DNA of 64,000 nucleotides from Promethearchaeota archaeon (GCA_048937405.1 JBHLNF010000007.1:64001-128000), one strand, 5' to 3'; shown: positions 38,720 through 49,235, counted from the stretch's first letter. The notes: generated from the sequence alone by a model not told the origin. Program-made: numbers and translations.

Positions 38720-38925
38720 TTCGTGTAACCAACTTATTAATCTTATAAATAGTTCTTTTAAATATATTTCTAAATTTATTATCAGTTAAATTCCTTATTA
38801 AATCAAAAATGCAATCAATACATTTTAATTGATTAAAATAAAGTATCTTTATAAATATTTTATTCTTATAATGCATAAGAATCATTTTATTATGCATAAG
38901 CTTCATAAAAAATTATTGTTATACT

Positions 38926-39495
38926 ATGCAAATCTTACCATCATTGAGTGATATTAAGCGTTTACGCAAAAAATTAAATATTAGTCAAAAAGCTTTAGGA
39001 GAAAAATTAAAAATCTCTCAATCCTTAATCTCCAGAATAGAAAGTGGAGAAGTAGATCCTCCTTATTCTAAATTAAAAAAGATTTATGAATATTTAGAGA
39101 ATGAACGTAAGGTACGGGAAAAATCAAAAAAACATGCTAGTGATATTATGAGTCCAGATCTACATTCAATACAGCTTAATTCTACTATTAGAGATGCTGT
39201 CGATTTAATGAATAAATATGAAATTTCTCAATTGCCTATAATCGAAAAAAATATAAATTTAGGAAGTATAACCTCTAAAAAAGTACAGAAATCCATTACA
39301 GAGAATCCAGAGATTATTAAAATGGATGTGTCTCTCATAAAAGAATTACCTTTTCCTGAAATTGATAGAAATTGGAGTGTAAAAGATATATCTAATCTCC
39401 TTTTACAATATCCGGCTGTTCTAGTAAGAGAAAATAATTCTTATATTGGAATAATTACCGATTCTGATCTTCTTAAAATAAATAATAAAAATTAG
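38926..39495 (+). CDS. XRE HTH plus CBS-domain regulator
   Basis: ISQSLISRIESGEVDP; CBS pair. Confidence 0.88.
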   Translation: MQILPSLSDIKRLRKKLNISQKALGEKLKISQSLISRIESGEVDPPYSKLKKIYEYLENERKVREKSKKHASDIMSPDLHSIQLNSTIRDAVDLMNKYEISQLPIIEKNINLGSITSKKVQKSITENPEIIKMDVSLIKELPFPEIDRNWSVKDISNLLLQYPAVLVRENNSYIGIITDSDLLKINNKN

Positions 39496-39547
39496 GATGA
39501 AAAAAAAAATAATTCTTTTATACAATACTGTGTTTTAATGATTAGAT

Positions 39548-40540
39548 TTGACAATTGAAAAGATACTTCAAAAGCTTAACGTTTTATTCAAACAGGCTAA
39601 TTATGAAACATTGGCATTAGGTAATTTTGCAGAAAAAAAAAATAAATTCTGCTTTGATCTTTTAGTCAAAAAGGAGGATTTGGTATTTAGTGTAAAAATT
39701 TTCCCCAATATTGATAATTTAAATCCCAATATCATTCAGGATATCAAATCTTTATCAGCAATCCTCAAATCAAAACCATTATTAATTGGAATTAGGAATA
39801 GATATCAAAATTTAGAAGACAATACAATATATATAAGAGAAAATTTACCTTTTATTACTATTAATACATTTGAAAATATCCTTAATAGCAATTATCCTCA
39901 TATTTTAGCAAGAAGGGGTGGTAAGGTCGTATTTTTAGAGGGATCATTAATGAAAACATTAAGAGAAGATCACTCTATAACAAGAAAAGAACTTTCGGAT
40001 AAATTAGGGATAACGAAAAGAACTGTATGCGCATATGAAAATGAATCTATGAGACCTTCAGAGAAAATTGCAAAAAAAATATCAGAAATATTAGAAAATG
40101 ATGAACTTTTTAAAAAAATTAACATATTTGGATGGCCAATTAAAGTAGATATCAAAAATTTTGAAGAGGAGGAATTGACTGAATTCGAGATTCATGTTCA
40201 AAATATTGTTAAAGATATTGGATTATCTTCATATTGGTATAGAAAAGGTTCTATCCCATTCAAATTATCTCTATATTCTACTTCTGACAAAAAAGAATCA
40301 GAAGGATTTTATCCTCTCTTCTCTGCTATCTCAGAAGAACAAAATAAAATTAATGAAATGAGTTTTAAATGCCTTAAAATGTTCACAGATTTATTCCACA
40401 AAACCTCATTATTTATTATAAACAATGGAATAAAAATACCTGAAATCTTTCATAAAGATAAAATTCCTATTGTCAAAATTAAAAATTTGGAAAAAGTAGA
40501 TGATGAAGAGGAATTCATTGAACTCATCCAAGATTCATGA
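39548..40540 (+). CDS. Archaeal HTH regulator (COG1395-like)
   Basis: CFDLLVK, NIDN, ARRGG, TKRTVCAYEN HTH. Confidence 0.8.
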   Translation: MTIEKILQKLNVLFKQANYETLALGNFAEKKNKFCFDLLVKKEDLVFSVKIFPNIDNLNPNIIQDIKSLSAILKSKPLLIGIRNRYQNLEDNTIYIRENLPFITINTFENILNSNYPHILARRGGKVVFLEGSLMKTLREDHSITRKELSDKLGITKRTVCAYENESMRPSEKIAKKISEILENDELFKKINIFGWPIKVDIKNFEEEELTEFEIHVQNIVKDIGLSSYWYRKGSIPFKLSLYSTSDKKESEGFYPLFSAISEEQNKINEMSFKCLKMFTDLFHKTSLFIINNGIKIPEIFHKDKIPIVKIKNLEKVDDEEEFIELIQDS

Positions 40541-41245
40541 TGGTAGATCACAATTAATTTGTGGGATAGACGAGGCTGGCAGAATTTAATTCACTTCGAA
40601 TTTATGTTAAAAGGCTCTGTCTTAGGCCCAATGGTTATATGTGGTGTTTGTTTTACTAAATTAAATCTTGACACCCTTTCAGAAATTGGAGTCAAAGATT
40701 CAAAAAAGTTATCTCCTCAAAAAAGAAAAAATTTAGCTGAAATTATCAAAAAGAACTGTAATTCATATAAAATAATTGAGGTAACTGCTCAAGAGATTGA
40801 CGAGAGAGAACAAAAAAAAATTTCTCTGAACCGACTTGAGGAGCTTAAAATGGCTGAAATAGTTAATAACTTAAAACCTGATGTTATTTATATAGATGCT
40901 GCTGATGTCAATGAAAAAAGATTTGGAATATCAATAAAAAAATTATTAAATTATAATCCCAAAAACATCATTTCTAAACATAGAGCAGATGATATTTATC
41001 CTATCGTTTCTGCTGGTTCAATAATAGCTAAGGATAGAAGAGATTTCCTAATTGAAGAAATACATAAAAAATATGGAAATTTTGGTTCTGGTTACCCTTC
41101 GGATCCTAGAACGATCAAATTTCTAAGAGATTATATAAAAAAGTATAAAAAAGCTCCTGGAATTGCAAGAAAAACCTGGGATACTACAAAAAAAATAATA
41201 AATGAAGAAGTATCAAATAAGAAAATAACTGAGTTTTTTAGCTAG
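40518..41245 (+). CDS. rnhB: Ribonuclease HII, two exons: join(40518..40582,40612..41245), 232 aa
   Basis: Exon 1 ...LICGIDEAG(R) is in a different frame from exon 2 GSVLGPMV...VKDSKKL...DAAD...VSAGSIIAK...GSGYPSD, PIP box KITEFF; alternative starts at 40500 or 40503. Confidence 0.92.
40583..40611 (+). other. Putative 29-nt BHB-type mRNA intron in rnhB
   Basis: Central helix TGGC/GTTA, bulges AG|A and AA|A, intron stem AATTC/GAATT; removal gives GGC AGA GGC TCT (GRGS). Confidence 0.8.
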
Positions 41246-41937
41246 GTTCTTTTTTTTGCTATGAGAATTAAATGATTAGCGGCATATTTATGAATATCTA
41301 CACTTTCTAAAATATCCAAATTTGCATTTTCAAGGATTTTTTTCTCTTGTGCGTATACACGTTCAGATTTCTTAATACTATCTATAGATTGAGATTTTAT
41401 GATAATAATTAATAATCCATCATCTTTTAGATAATAATCGCAATTTTTTATCGCAATTTGGGCTTGTTGGGGTTGAGCAACATCTTGATATATTAAATCT
41501 ACCCTTGTAAAAATATAATTAGCATAACTTTCTGGATAACGAGCATCTGCTAATATTGGTATGATATTTCCTCTATTAGACGAATTCTGAATCAGTTGTC
41601 TCATACTTCTCTCGGCAAATTCTACACCATAAATAATTCCAGAATCTAAAATATCTGAAAGGTGAGAAATAGTCGTTCCTGAAGACGCGCCCAAATATAA
41701 ACAATTAATATTATCGGTAAAAAAATTTGTTAAAGGTTTTTCTAAAATTAGGGCTGCCAATTTACTTCTAAAAGGATCCCATTCTCTATATTCATTTCCC
41801 TTATGGGTTATTAATCTCTCTCCATATACTCTTTTTCCTTCAATTAAATTTTTTGTATAAAGCTTTAATCTTTCTTGAGGCCCAGAAATAAACACATTAC
41901 TATATTTAGGGTGATTTCTTATCTCTATTTTTGACAT
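41242..41937 (-). CDS. flpA: Fibrillarin rRNA/tRNA 2'-O-methyltransferase
   Basis: VYGE, WDPFRSKLAA, LYLGASSGTT, DVAQP. Confidence 0.96.
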   Translation of the reverse strand: MSKIEIRNHPKYSNVFISGPQERLKLYTKNLIEGKRVYGERLITHKGNEYREWDPFRSKLAALILEKPLTNFFTDNINCLYLGASSGTTISHLSDILDSGIIYGVEFAERSMRQLIQNSSNRGNIIPILADARYPESYANYIFTRVDLIYQDVAQPQQAQIAIKNCDYYLKDDGLLIIIIKSQSIDSIKKSERVYAQEKKILENANLDILESVDIHKYAANHLILIAKKRT

Positions 41938-41954
41938 TTTCGATCTTTTTTATC

Positions 41955-43157
41955 TTATTTTCTTTTTTTTGATTTTTTTTTACTCCTTACTGATTGTCCT
42001 TTTTTAGGGGGATTTGGATATTTTTTTTCAAGTTCTCTTATTTTGTCCTCAATTTCTTTTGAAAAAACATCTGCTATGTATTCTCCAGAAAAAAAATCCA
42101 CTTTTGCTGAAAGTGCAATTTTTCCTGCCACAATACGCGCAATCTTGCCCCGAATCCAAATTTTAGCCGACCTAATTTGATTCCATTGAAATATCAATCC
42201 ATGTTTCGGTCTTTTTTCACCAGTTTTAAGGAATCTATATAATGCTTTTTCAGCTCCTAATAATTGAATTCTTGACGCTGGCATATATGCCAATTTCTGC
42301 AATCCTCCTGCTTTAGCTATTAATTTAGCCCCGATCAAAGAACCAATGAGAAAATTGACGTTTGGAGCTGTATTCTCCATTAATTCTTCTAAATAATTCT
42401 CTAATTGCTGACGATAAGTATCTAGAGAAATTATTTGTTCTGCGTAGCTCTGTAGAATGTTTAAATCAATATCTGCTCCCATCGATTCTATAGCATATTG
42501 TTCCAATCTTTTAACTTTACCTTCATCGAAATCAAAGATTTCTTCAATATTTTTAGAAGTATAATTTTTTCTAGGACCTATTTTTGAAACCATTTCTGCT
42601 AAAATGATATTATCATCAATTATTTTATCAGTTAATTCTGGGAAATGTAAACCATACCATTCCCTAAGATGACTTGAAAATAAACTAATTGATTTTTTAA
42701 TAACATCTAAAACAGTGATAATTTGAGTAATAATATTATCAGAATGTCCGCTTACCTGACTAACTTTTATCCTTGTTAATTCTTCACTAACTATTTTATA
42801 TTGATTAAGAATTTCTTCCCTTGTTTTACTAATTCCAATTTTTTTTAGATTTTCTTCTAAATTTAAGCGGAATTCTTTAAGTTCCATTGATTTAGGCTCA
42901 AGAATGGTCTTAATTTCAAACTTTTTTGAAGATAATGATTCCAATTTTGCATTATCAAATATAAATTCATTAAAACCTGAATTTTTTAATTCTAATATAA
43001 AATTATCAAATGCATTCTGAATTACATCGTTTTCTAATGCACTATAAAATTCAACAATTTTCACATGGTCATCATCAAAATCAATAAAATCTAAGATATT
43101 TCCAGTTTCATCAAATGCAAAAATTCCAATTAACGTATCTGCTATGAAAGACTTCAT
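41955..43157 (-). CDS. nop5: C/D-box RNP protein Nop5 (Nop56/58)
   Basis: EWYGLHFPEL, APN, PASRIQLLGAEKAL, PKHG, RGKIAR. Confidence 0.95.
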   Translation of the reverse strand: MKSFIADTLIGIFAFDETGNILDFIDFDDDHVKIVEFYSALENDVIQNAFDNFILELKNSGFNEFIFDNAKLESLSSKKFEIKTILEPKSMELKEFRLNLEENLKKIGISKTREEILNQYKIVSEELTRIKVSQVSGHSDNIITQIITVLDVIKKSISLFSSHLREWYGLHFPELTDKIIDDNIILAEMVSKIGPRKNYTSKNIEEIFDFDEGKVKRLEQYAIESMGADIDLNILQSYAEQIISLDTYRQQLENYLEELMENTAPNVNFLIGSLIGAKLIAKAGGLQKLAYMPASRIQLLGAEKALYRFLKTGEKRPKHGLIFQWNQIRSAKIWIRGKIARIVAGKIALSAKVDFFSGEYIADVFSKEIEDKIRELEKKYPNPPKKGQSVRSKKKSKKRK

Positions 43158-43236
43158 TTTGAAAGGGTAATTTCTTGTTTATTTTTCCTTCATTAATAAT
43201 TATTATAAAACTATAATCATTATTGTCTTTTAAAAA

Positions 43237-44163
43237 ATGCTAGAAGTAAATCTATCTGGGTTAAAATTAAAATCTCCTATTATTTTAGCCTCGGGAATTT
43301 TAGGAGTGTCTTTTTCTTCGATGAAAAGGGTGTTTGATGCTGGAGCTGGTGCAGTTACTACTAAATCCATTGGACCAAAACCAAGAAAGGGTTATAAAAA
43401 TCCATCTATAATTGAAATATATCCCGGAACTTTTATGAATAGCGTAGGTCTAGGTAATCCTGGTATCAATGAATTTATCTCAGAAATAAAAGAAATGAAA
43501 AAATTTGACATTCCACTAATCGTGAGTGTCTTTGGAAATACTAATGACGTTTATCTTGATGTAGCAGTTAAAGCAGAAAACGCAGGAGCTGATGCTATTG
43601 AAATTAATATTTCTTGTCCGCATGCAGAAGTATCTTCTATAGGGATTGATAAAGGATTAACTTTTGAAATTGTACAATTTTTAAAAAAAAAGCTTAAAGT
43701 TCCTCTTTTTGTCAAGTTAAACCCAAATGTGACAAATTTAGTAGAAATTGCTTTAGCAGCAGAAAAAGGAGGTGCTGATGGGGTAGTTGCTATAAATACC
43801 TTGTCAGCTTTGAAAATTGATATAAATACGAAAAGACCAATCCTATCACATGGAAGTGGAGGTCTTTCTGGCAAATCAATTCATCCCGTTGCTATAAAAA
43901 AAGTATATGACTTATATAAAGTCTTAAAAATTCCAATTATTGGATGTGGCGGTATAGATTCTTGGCAAGATGTAATAGAATTCTTTTTAGCTGGCGCCTC
44001 TGCAGTGCAAATCGGTACAGCGTTATATAAAACAACTGATATTATTTCTGAGATTAATAGCGGTATTTCTCAATATCTTAAAGATAATAATTATAAATCT
44101 ATTAATGATTTAAAAGGATTAGCTCATCAGTTTAAAACTCAGGAGGTACCAGATTTTGACTGA
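43237..44163 (+). CDS. pyrD: Dihydroorotate dehydrogenase family 1B catalytic subunit
   Basis: LASG, TKS, EINISCPH, VKLNPN, INT, GGLSG, GCGGI. Confidence 0.95.
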   Translation: MLEVNLSGLKLKSPIILASGILGVSFSSMKRVFDAGAGAVTTKSIGPKPRKGYKNPSIIEIYPGTFMNSVGLGNPGINEFISEIKEMKKFDIPLIVSVFGNTNDVYLDVAVKAENAGADAIEINISCPHAEVSSIGIDKGLTFEIVQFLKKKLKVPLFVKLNPNVTNLVEIALAAEKGGADGVVAINTLSALKIDINTKRPILSHGSGGLSGKSIHPVAIKKVYDLYKVLKIPIIGCGGIDSWQDVIEFFLAGASAVQIGTALYKTTDIISEINSGISQYLKDNNYKSINDLKGLAHQFKTQEVPDFD

Positions 44164-45010
44164 AAATACAATTAAGACAGTGAAAGTCCGAAACATTATT
44201 GAGGAATGCAAGGATGTAAAAACCCTTGTTTTTAATATGAAAATTAGAAAAAGTGAAAAATATATTACTCCTAAACCTGGACAATTTGTTATGGTATGGA
44301 TACCTGGCATAGATGAGGTACCTATGTCCCTATCTGGATGTGATAGTAATGGAAATTGGTCAATCACAGTTAAAAATGTAGGAGAATGTACAAATGCCAT
44401 GCATAATCTTAATATTGGAGATTATATTGGCATAAGAGGCCCATTAGGCAATCATTTTAAACTAAAAAATCATAATTTAAAAGAAATCTTCTTAATTGGG
44501 GGTGGAATTGGGATGGCTCCATTAAAATACCTCTCTACCCAACTTACTCAGATGAATATTAAACATAGAATTATAGAAGGAGTAAAAAATGAAGATGATA
44601 TTATGTTTAATAACTATTTTCAAGAAGCTATAAGGAATCATTCTGAAATTCACTATTGTACTGATGATGGAAGTTATGGAATAAAAGGTGTTGCTTCTGA
44701 TGTTTTTAAAGAACTGATAAGTAAATCTAATAAAAAAAAACTGTCTAATCTAGTAGTTTATTCCTGTGGTCCAGAAGTTATGCTATTTAAATTATTTCAA
44801 ATATGTCAAGAACAAAAAATTGAGTTTTATGCGAGTCTTGAAAGAATAATGAGATGTGGGTGTGGATTATGTGGTTTATGCGCATTAGATCCATTAGGAT
44901 TACTTGTTTGTAAAGATGGTCCTATATTTAATTCAAAACAATTAGAAAAAATTAAAGACTTCGGAAAATATCAGCGTGATTTTACAGGAAAAAAAATTTT
45001 AGTTAATTGA
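44156..45010 (+). CDS. pyrK: Dihydroorotate dehydrogenase electron-transfer subunit
   Basis: PGQF, RGPLG, GGGIGMAP, CGPEVM, MRCGCGLCGLC, VCKDGPIF. Confidence 0.95.
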   Translation: MTENTIKTVKVRNIIEECKDVKTLVFNMKIRKSEKYITPKPGQFVMVWIPGIDEVPMSLSGCDSNGNWSITVKNVGECTNAMHNLNIGDYIGIRGPLGNHFKLKNHNLKEIFLIGGGIGMAPLKYLSTQLTQMNIKHRIIEGVKNEDDIMFNNYFQEAIRNHSEIHYCTDDGSYGIKGVASDVFKELISKSNKKKLSNLVVYSCGPEVMLFKLFQICQEQKIEFYASLERIMRCGCGLCGLCALDPLGLLVCKDGPIFNSKQLEKIKDFGKYQRDFTGKKILVN

Positions 45011-45252
45011 TTTAATTTTATTGTTTTTCTCTTTTTGATTTTTTTTTAAATATATTAGATTTCGTGAATATCCTCTCTAATTCTGATATCTCTTTTTTCT
45101 AATTTTTTTCTAAAAGAACAAAATCAAATCTAATCAAAGCTTACCAAAAAATCACATCTTACAGAATATTAATAATTTAAACATTAATTTTATAATATTA
45201 ATAAATTAAATAAAATTGATAGAAATTATAATAGAGTTTAATAAATAATTCC

Positions 45253-45822
45253 ATGTGCTTCTATATTACATCAACGCTTCCAAAAAAGGTTAAATTAGAA
45301 GATTTAGAAGAAGTTTTTAAAAAATATAATATGGCTTTTAAATCGATAAAGAATGTATCAATTCAAGATCAATTAAGACCAGAGGAACTTTATTTTAGAG
45401 CAACTAATGCATATTGTGATTGTAATACTATATTGGGTGCCCTAAACACTTCTGAAGAATATAAAAAATTGCTAGATTCTGAAAAGATAAGGAGTTTAAA
45501 AAAGAAAAAGTGGACATCGGAACAAATTGATATCTGGATCCATGAAAAAATTAAAGGGAAAAACCCAAAATTTGAGAAACTTACTGAGATCGAAAAAGAA
45601 AATGAAATAAAAAGATGGAAAGACTTTATTCAAGAGATATTAGCATCAAAAAAGGTTAAGAGAATTGGAATTTTAAAGCACTGGTATAATTCAAGTCTTT
45701 CTGAGGAAAAATTTAAAATTAGAGAATTTAAACAAATACAAATAGACCGATTAAATAAAAATTTACTTTTAAATTTAGAAGAAGATATTCTTTATGAGTT
45801 TATCCCACTTTACAAATATTAA
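45253..45822 (+). CDS. Hypothetical protein (possible Cys/His metal site)
   Basis: MC...YCDC...HWY; first cargo gene after pyrK. Confidence 0.65.
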   Translation: MCFYITSTLPKKVKLEDLEEVFKKYNMAFKSIKNVSIQDQLRPEELYFRATNAYCDCNTILGALNTSEEYKKLLDSEKIRSLKKKKWTSEQIDIWIHEKIKGKNPKFEKLTEIEKENEIKRWKDFIQEILASKKVKRIGILKHWYNSSLSEEKFKIREFKQIQIDRLNKNLLLNLEEDILYEFIPLYKY

Positions 45823-45986
45823 TGATATATAATCGTATTTAGACCATTTTTTCAAGAGTAATAATTTATTGAATAATAATCTTTTAAACAATTATTAAAA
45901 GCTTTTTTCATTTTATAGACTGAGGAATAACGATTTTCAGGTTTATAGGTCACAGTTTTTCGAAAGAATTAATTAAAACAATCTAA

Positions 45987-46127
45987 CGCGGTTTATGAGC
46001 ATTAGATCAATTATAATTGCTGGACTATAAGGATGGACAGATTTTTAATCTGGAAACTCTCAAAGAAATTCAGGATTTTGGGAAGTATAAAAGAGATTTT
46101 ACTGGTAAAAAGATATCATTAGAATAG
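45987..46127 (+). pseudogene. Relic pyrK 3' end, copy 1
   Basis: GL*ALDQL*LLDYKDGQIFNLETLKEIQDFGKYKRDFTGKKISLE* aligns without gaps to PyrK GLCALDPLGLLVCKDGPIFNSKQLEKIKDFGKYQRDFTGKKILVN*. Confidence 0.93.
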
Positions 46128-46130
46128 TTT

Positions 46131-47414
46131 TTAAGTCTTTTTTGTTGGTCGAAGCCCTAAAATAGCTTCGCTTATTTTATTACCAATCTTAACAATTCCT
46201 AGCATATTAAGCAAGATATCAAAGAATAAATAAGGTTTCACAGGATTTTCATCATTTTTTAGAATCTCAGCTAATTTGGAATGAAACTCAAAGCTTAATG
46301 CCTCAACCTTCTTGTATTGGTCCTCAGATATAAACTGATAGTATATCAAGTTCTTCTCGAGTGCCTCCATAAGTACACTAATTATCTCTATCATTGGTAA
46401 TTCTTCCATAGATACAGATGTCAGGAGATGACTCTCTGTCGCTTCTAAATAACTATTAATGTAGTCTGAAATCATCTTAAGTTTTTTATATTCATAAGAG
46501 AATTTAGGTATATTTGCCAGAAGAGGTTCCCAATTATTCTCTCTTATTGCCTTTTCTAAATCAAATTCCTTTTTTTCCAATAGCAAATCAAAATCTTTAC
46601 TTAGCTTATAATATTTTCTCTTGATATTGCCAGGTTGTACCTCATCTTCTTTTGTGTATGATTGAATTAATCCCAATCGAATTAAATCTCTTGTGCAACG
46701 AGAAAGTTGTGCTTTACTTTTACCTGTATGATAAGACATTTCTTTAAGGCTTAATTCCTTATAAATTTTCAGTAATATGAATATTCTGAAGTCTAATTCA
46801 TTCCGAAAAACATCTACAAACTGCCTTTTAGGATATACCCTTTTAATTATTTTCGCAAAATTATTAAAAAGATCTACTATTTCTTTTTCTTTTTCTGAAG
46901 ATATTTCTATCGCTCCGATTAGATTTCTTGTGGAGGCTAACTTATTACCATGTTCGATAGAGACCTCTCTCTCATCTTGAAGATCTGCTTTAGTTCCAAT
47001 CATTAGAATCGGAATACTCACATTTCTTTTGGTTTTTTTAAATAATTTTAGCCACCATTCTAAATCGGCTAGACTAGATTTATCGGTTATATCATAAACA
47101 AATATAGCCCCCGCAGCACCTACAGTAAAAGGTTCAAAATAAGGTTGTGGTTTTTTTAATTTACCTTCCCTTTTTGTTTTTGTTAATTTAAGATCCTTAA
47201 ATTTTTCTGTACCTGTGAGTTCCCAAACATGCAATATTAAGTCTATATCATCTATTTTTAATGTCTTCTGATAGAATGTTACTCCTAAAGTTAATTTTGG
47301 GGGAGCACCTAAACTTTTATTATCAGCTTCTTTAAAATATTTACTTAATAATGTGGATTTTCCCACTCCACTTTCTCCAAAAACACATATTTTATAGATT
47401 TGTGGTTTTTTCAT
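46131..47414 (-). CDS. Rab/Ras-like small GTPase fused to a winged-helix domain
   Basis: GESGVGKS, WELTG, VYDIT, GTKAD, EISS; then LSLKEMSYHTGKSKAQLSRCTRDLIRLGLI...RKYYKL. Confidence 0.85.
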   Translation of the reverse strand: MKKPQIYKICVFGESGVGKSTLLSKYFKEADNKSLGAPPKLTLGVTFYQKTLKIDDIDLILHVWELTGTEKFKDLKLTKTKREGKLKKPQPYFEPFTVGAAGAIFVYDITDKSSLADLEWWLKLFKKTKRNVSIPILMIGTKADLQDEREVSIEHGNKLASTRNLIGAIEISSEKEKEIVDLFNNFAKIIKRVYPKRQFVDVFRNELDFRIFILLKIYKELSLKEMSYHTGKSKAQLSRCTRDLIRLGLIQSYTKEDEVQPGNIKRKYYKLSKDFDLLLEKKEFDLEKAIRENNWEPLLANIPKFSYEYKKLKMISDYINSYLEATESHLLTSVSMEELPMIEIISVLMEALEKNLIYYQFISEDQYKKVEALSFEFHSKLAEILKNDENPVKPYLFFDILLNMLGIVKIGNKISEAILGLRPTKKT

Positions 47415-47545
47415 TTTTTTATTACCATTTTATTTTTATTTAATTTCATAAAAAATGTAACGTTTCATATATATAAATATTATGCAACGCTGGAAATCAT
47501 CCCTAATCATTACAAAATCAACTTTAAAAATTTTTAAAAATCTTT

Positions 47546-47638
47546 AAAGATGACCCGATTTTCGATTTGGAATCGCTAAAAAAGATTCAAGATTTCGGAA
47601 AATCTCAAAGAGAATTCACAGGTAAAAAAATAAAAATT
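47546..47638 (+). pseudogene. Relic pyrK 3' end, copy 2
   Basis: KDDPIFDLESLKKIQDFGKSQREFTGKKIKI vs PyrK KDGPIFNSKQLEKIKDFGKYQRDFTGKKILV. Confidence 0.9.
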
Positions 47639-47642
47639 TGCT

Positions 47643-49049
47643 TTATTGACTGAGGATACTACCTACATCGTTAATTAATTTTTTATAAAATTGATCTTCT
47701 TCCATCTCATGTTTTAATATTCCTTGTACTCTTCGAATCCGCATCTTTAATCCCGGACTTAAGTCTGTTTCTCTTAAATATATTGCTAAATATGGTTTCT
47801 TTTCATTCATAGCAAGATGAATTTCATCTTGAGTATTATCCGATTCCATCACATAAGGAGATATAAATGAAAGAAATAAACTGCATCCTAATAATTTTTC
47901 TGCAATAGTATTACACCAATCTGTACTTAAGGGAATTCCTTCATCATACCATATTCGAAAACCTTTATTATCTAATTTTTGTAGAATGGGGTATACCTCC
48001 GCTTTATCTTTATGAGTATAACTTACGAAAATAAATTTTTTATCTCCCATATATGCTGAGAAAGGAGGTTCAACTGATAATTCTGCTGTGGTTTGCTTTA
48101 AATTGCTTTTAAGATAAGTTTCCAAATCCTTTTCGTTTTTGGGTAGACTTGGATCATTAAGATCACCAAATTTCTTTAAAATTTTTTGAACATGCTTAGG
48201 ATTGTTCATTATTTTAGAAATAACATCATAATTATCTAATATTAATTTTGTTGGCTTTCCAGATTCTGCTCTTTCTTTTGGGATTTTTACAATTAAGCTT
48301 ACAACCTTTTTTGTTACCCAATTCTCAACACCTGTTTCTTCATTAAACAAATCTTTTGTCGTTTTACCGGCATATTCACCCCCCCACTCTAAAGTAACCA
48401 GCTCATCATTAATAAATATTTTATAATCACCTTCTAGCATAATAGCTGGATCTTCTTTGAACAAACTTTGAGTAGCTACAAGATCTATTCTTTTTTGGAT
48501 TGATTTAAAAAATTCTTTACTAACTTTGAACGGTAAATTATCTGATGTAATGATTTTTTTTCCTATTAGCATGAGATAAATTGCCGTCTGGTGCAAACAT
48601 AATCCTTTTTTTTTTCCAATAATACAAGAACAGCTTCTTTTTACAGCACCGTCGACAATTTGAAGGGAAGCTTTTTGAGATCCATATTTACTTGAAAACC
48701 AGACGTTATATCCTTTTCCACCACCTATAATAACAGCATTTTGAATTTTTTCGACCTTATGCTCTCCGCTAATTAGTGATACTGCATTTAATAATAATTG
48801 TTCTGCAAAATCCTTTTCAAAATCTTTGTATAATCTCTTTTTTTCATTATCTTCTAGTGAGGAGTCGAGAAAAGTCACTAATTCCTCCTTTTTAAGGTTT
48901 GAATATCCTTTCAAATTCTTTTCTTTGCTAATAGCGCCTTGATTATATCCCTTTATTATCTCCTTAATTTTTGGAATGGTTAGTGATTTCAAAAATGTCT
49001 CAAATGTGAAAGGCTCTAATCCTTTTACTTTTGGTTTCTTTTTTCCCAT
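47643..49049 (-). CDS. SAP/HeH-like, SWIM zinc finger and C-terminal TIR domain protein
   Basis: LTIPKIKEII..GYSNLKKEELV; CSC-x8-CLH; FVSYTHKD...WYDEGI...QDEI. Confidence 0.82.
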   Translation of the reverse strand: MGKKKPKVKGLEPFTFETFLKSLTIPKIKEIIKGYNQGAISKEKNLKGYSNLKKEELVTFLDSSLEDNEKKRLYKDFEKDFAEQLLLNAVSLISGEHKVEKIQNAVIIGGGKGYNVWFSSKYGSQKASLQIVDGAVKRSCSCIIGKKKGLCLHQTAIYLMLIGKKIITSDNLPFKVSKEFFKSIQKRIDLVATQSLFKEDPAIMLEGDYKIFINDELVTLEWGGEYAGKTTKDLFNEETGVENWVTKKVVSLIVKIPKERAESGKPTKLILDNYDVISKIMNNPKHVQKILKKFGDLNDPSLPKNEKDLETYLKSNLKQTTAELSVEPPFSAYMGDKKFIFVSYTHKDKAEVYPILQKLDNKGFRIWYDEGIPLSTDWCNTIAEKLLGCSLFLSFISPYVMESDNTQDEIHLAMNEKKPYLAIYLRETDLSPGLKMRIRRVQGILKHEMEEDQFYKKLINDVGSILSQ

Positions 49050-49127
49050 ATTTTATCAAATTCATTTTCCATAAAAAGTATTCCTATTGACTATTAAAGA
49101 ATATTTTTTAGATAAAAATTAAAATAA

Positions 49128-49235
49128 TTTGCCCTATCTCATATTGGAATCTTTTTAATTAGAGACTAATTACTTTATATCTCAGAAGTCCTTAGTAATT
49201 TGGAAGATTTTAGAAAATATTAACATAAATTTCAT
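49128..49235 (+). pseudogene. Relic pyrK 3' end, copy 3 (heavily decayed)
   Basis: FALSHIGIFLIRD*LLYISEVLSNLEDFRKY*HKF stays in register with CALDPLGLLVCKDGPIFNSKQLEKIKDFGKYQRDF. Confidence 0.6.

Noticed and set aside
47130-47195. Switch-II insertion of the GTPase as an in-frame intron
   Set aside because: Only a weak hairpin; no 3-4-3 BHB geometry found
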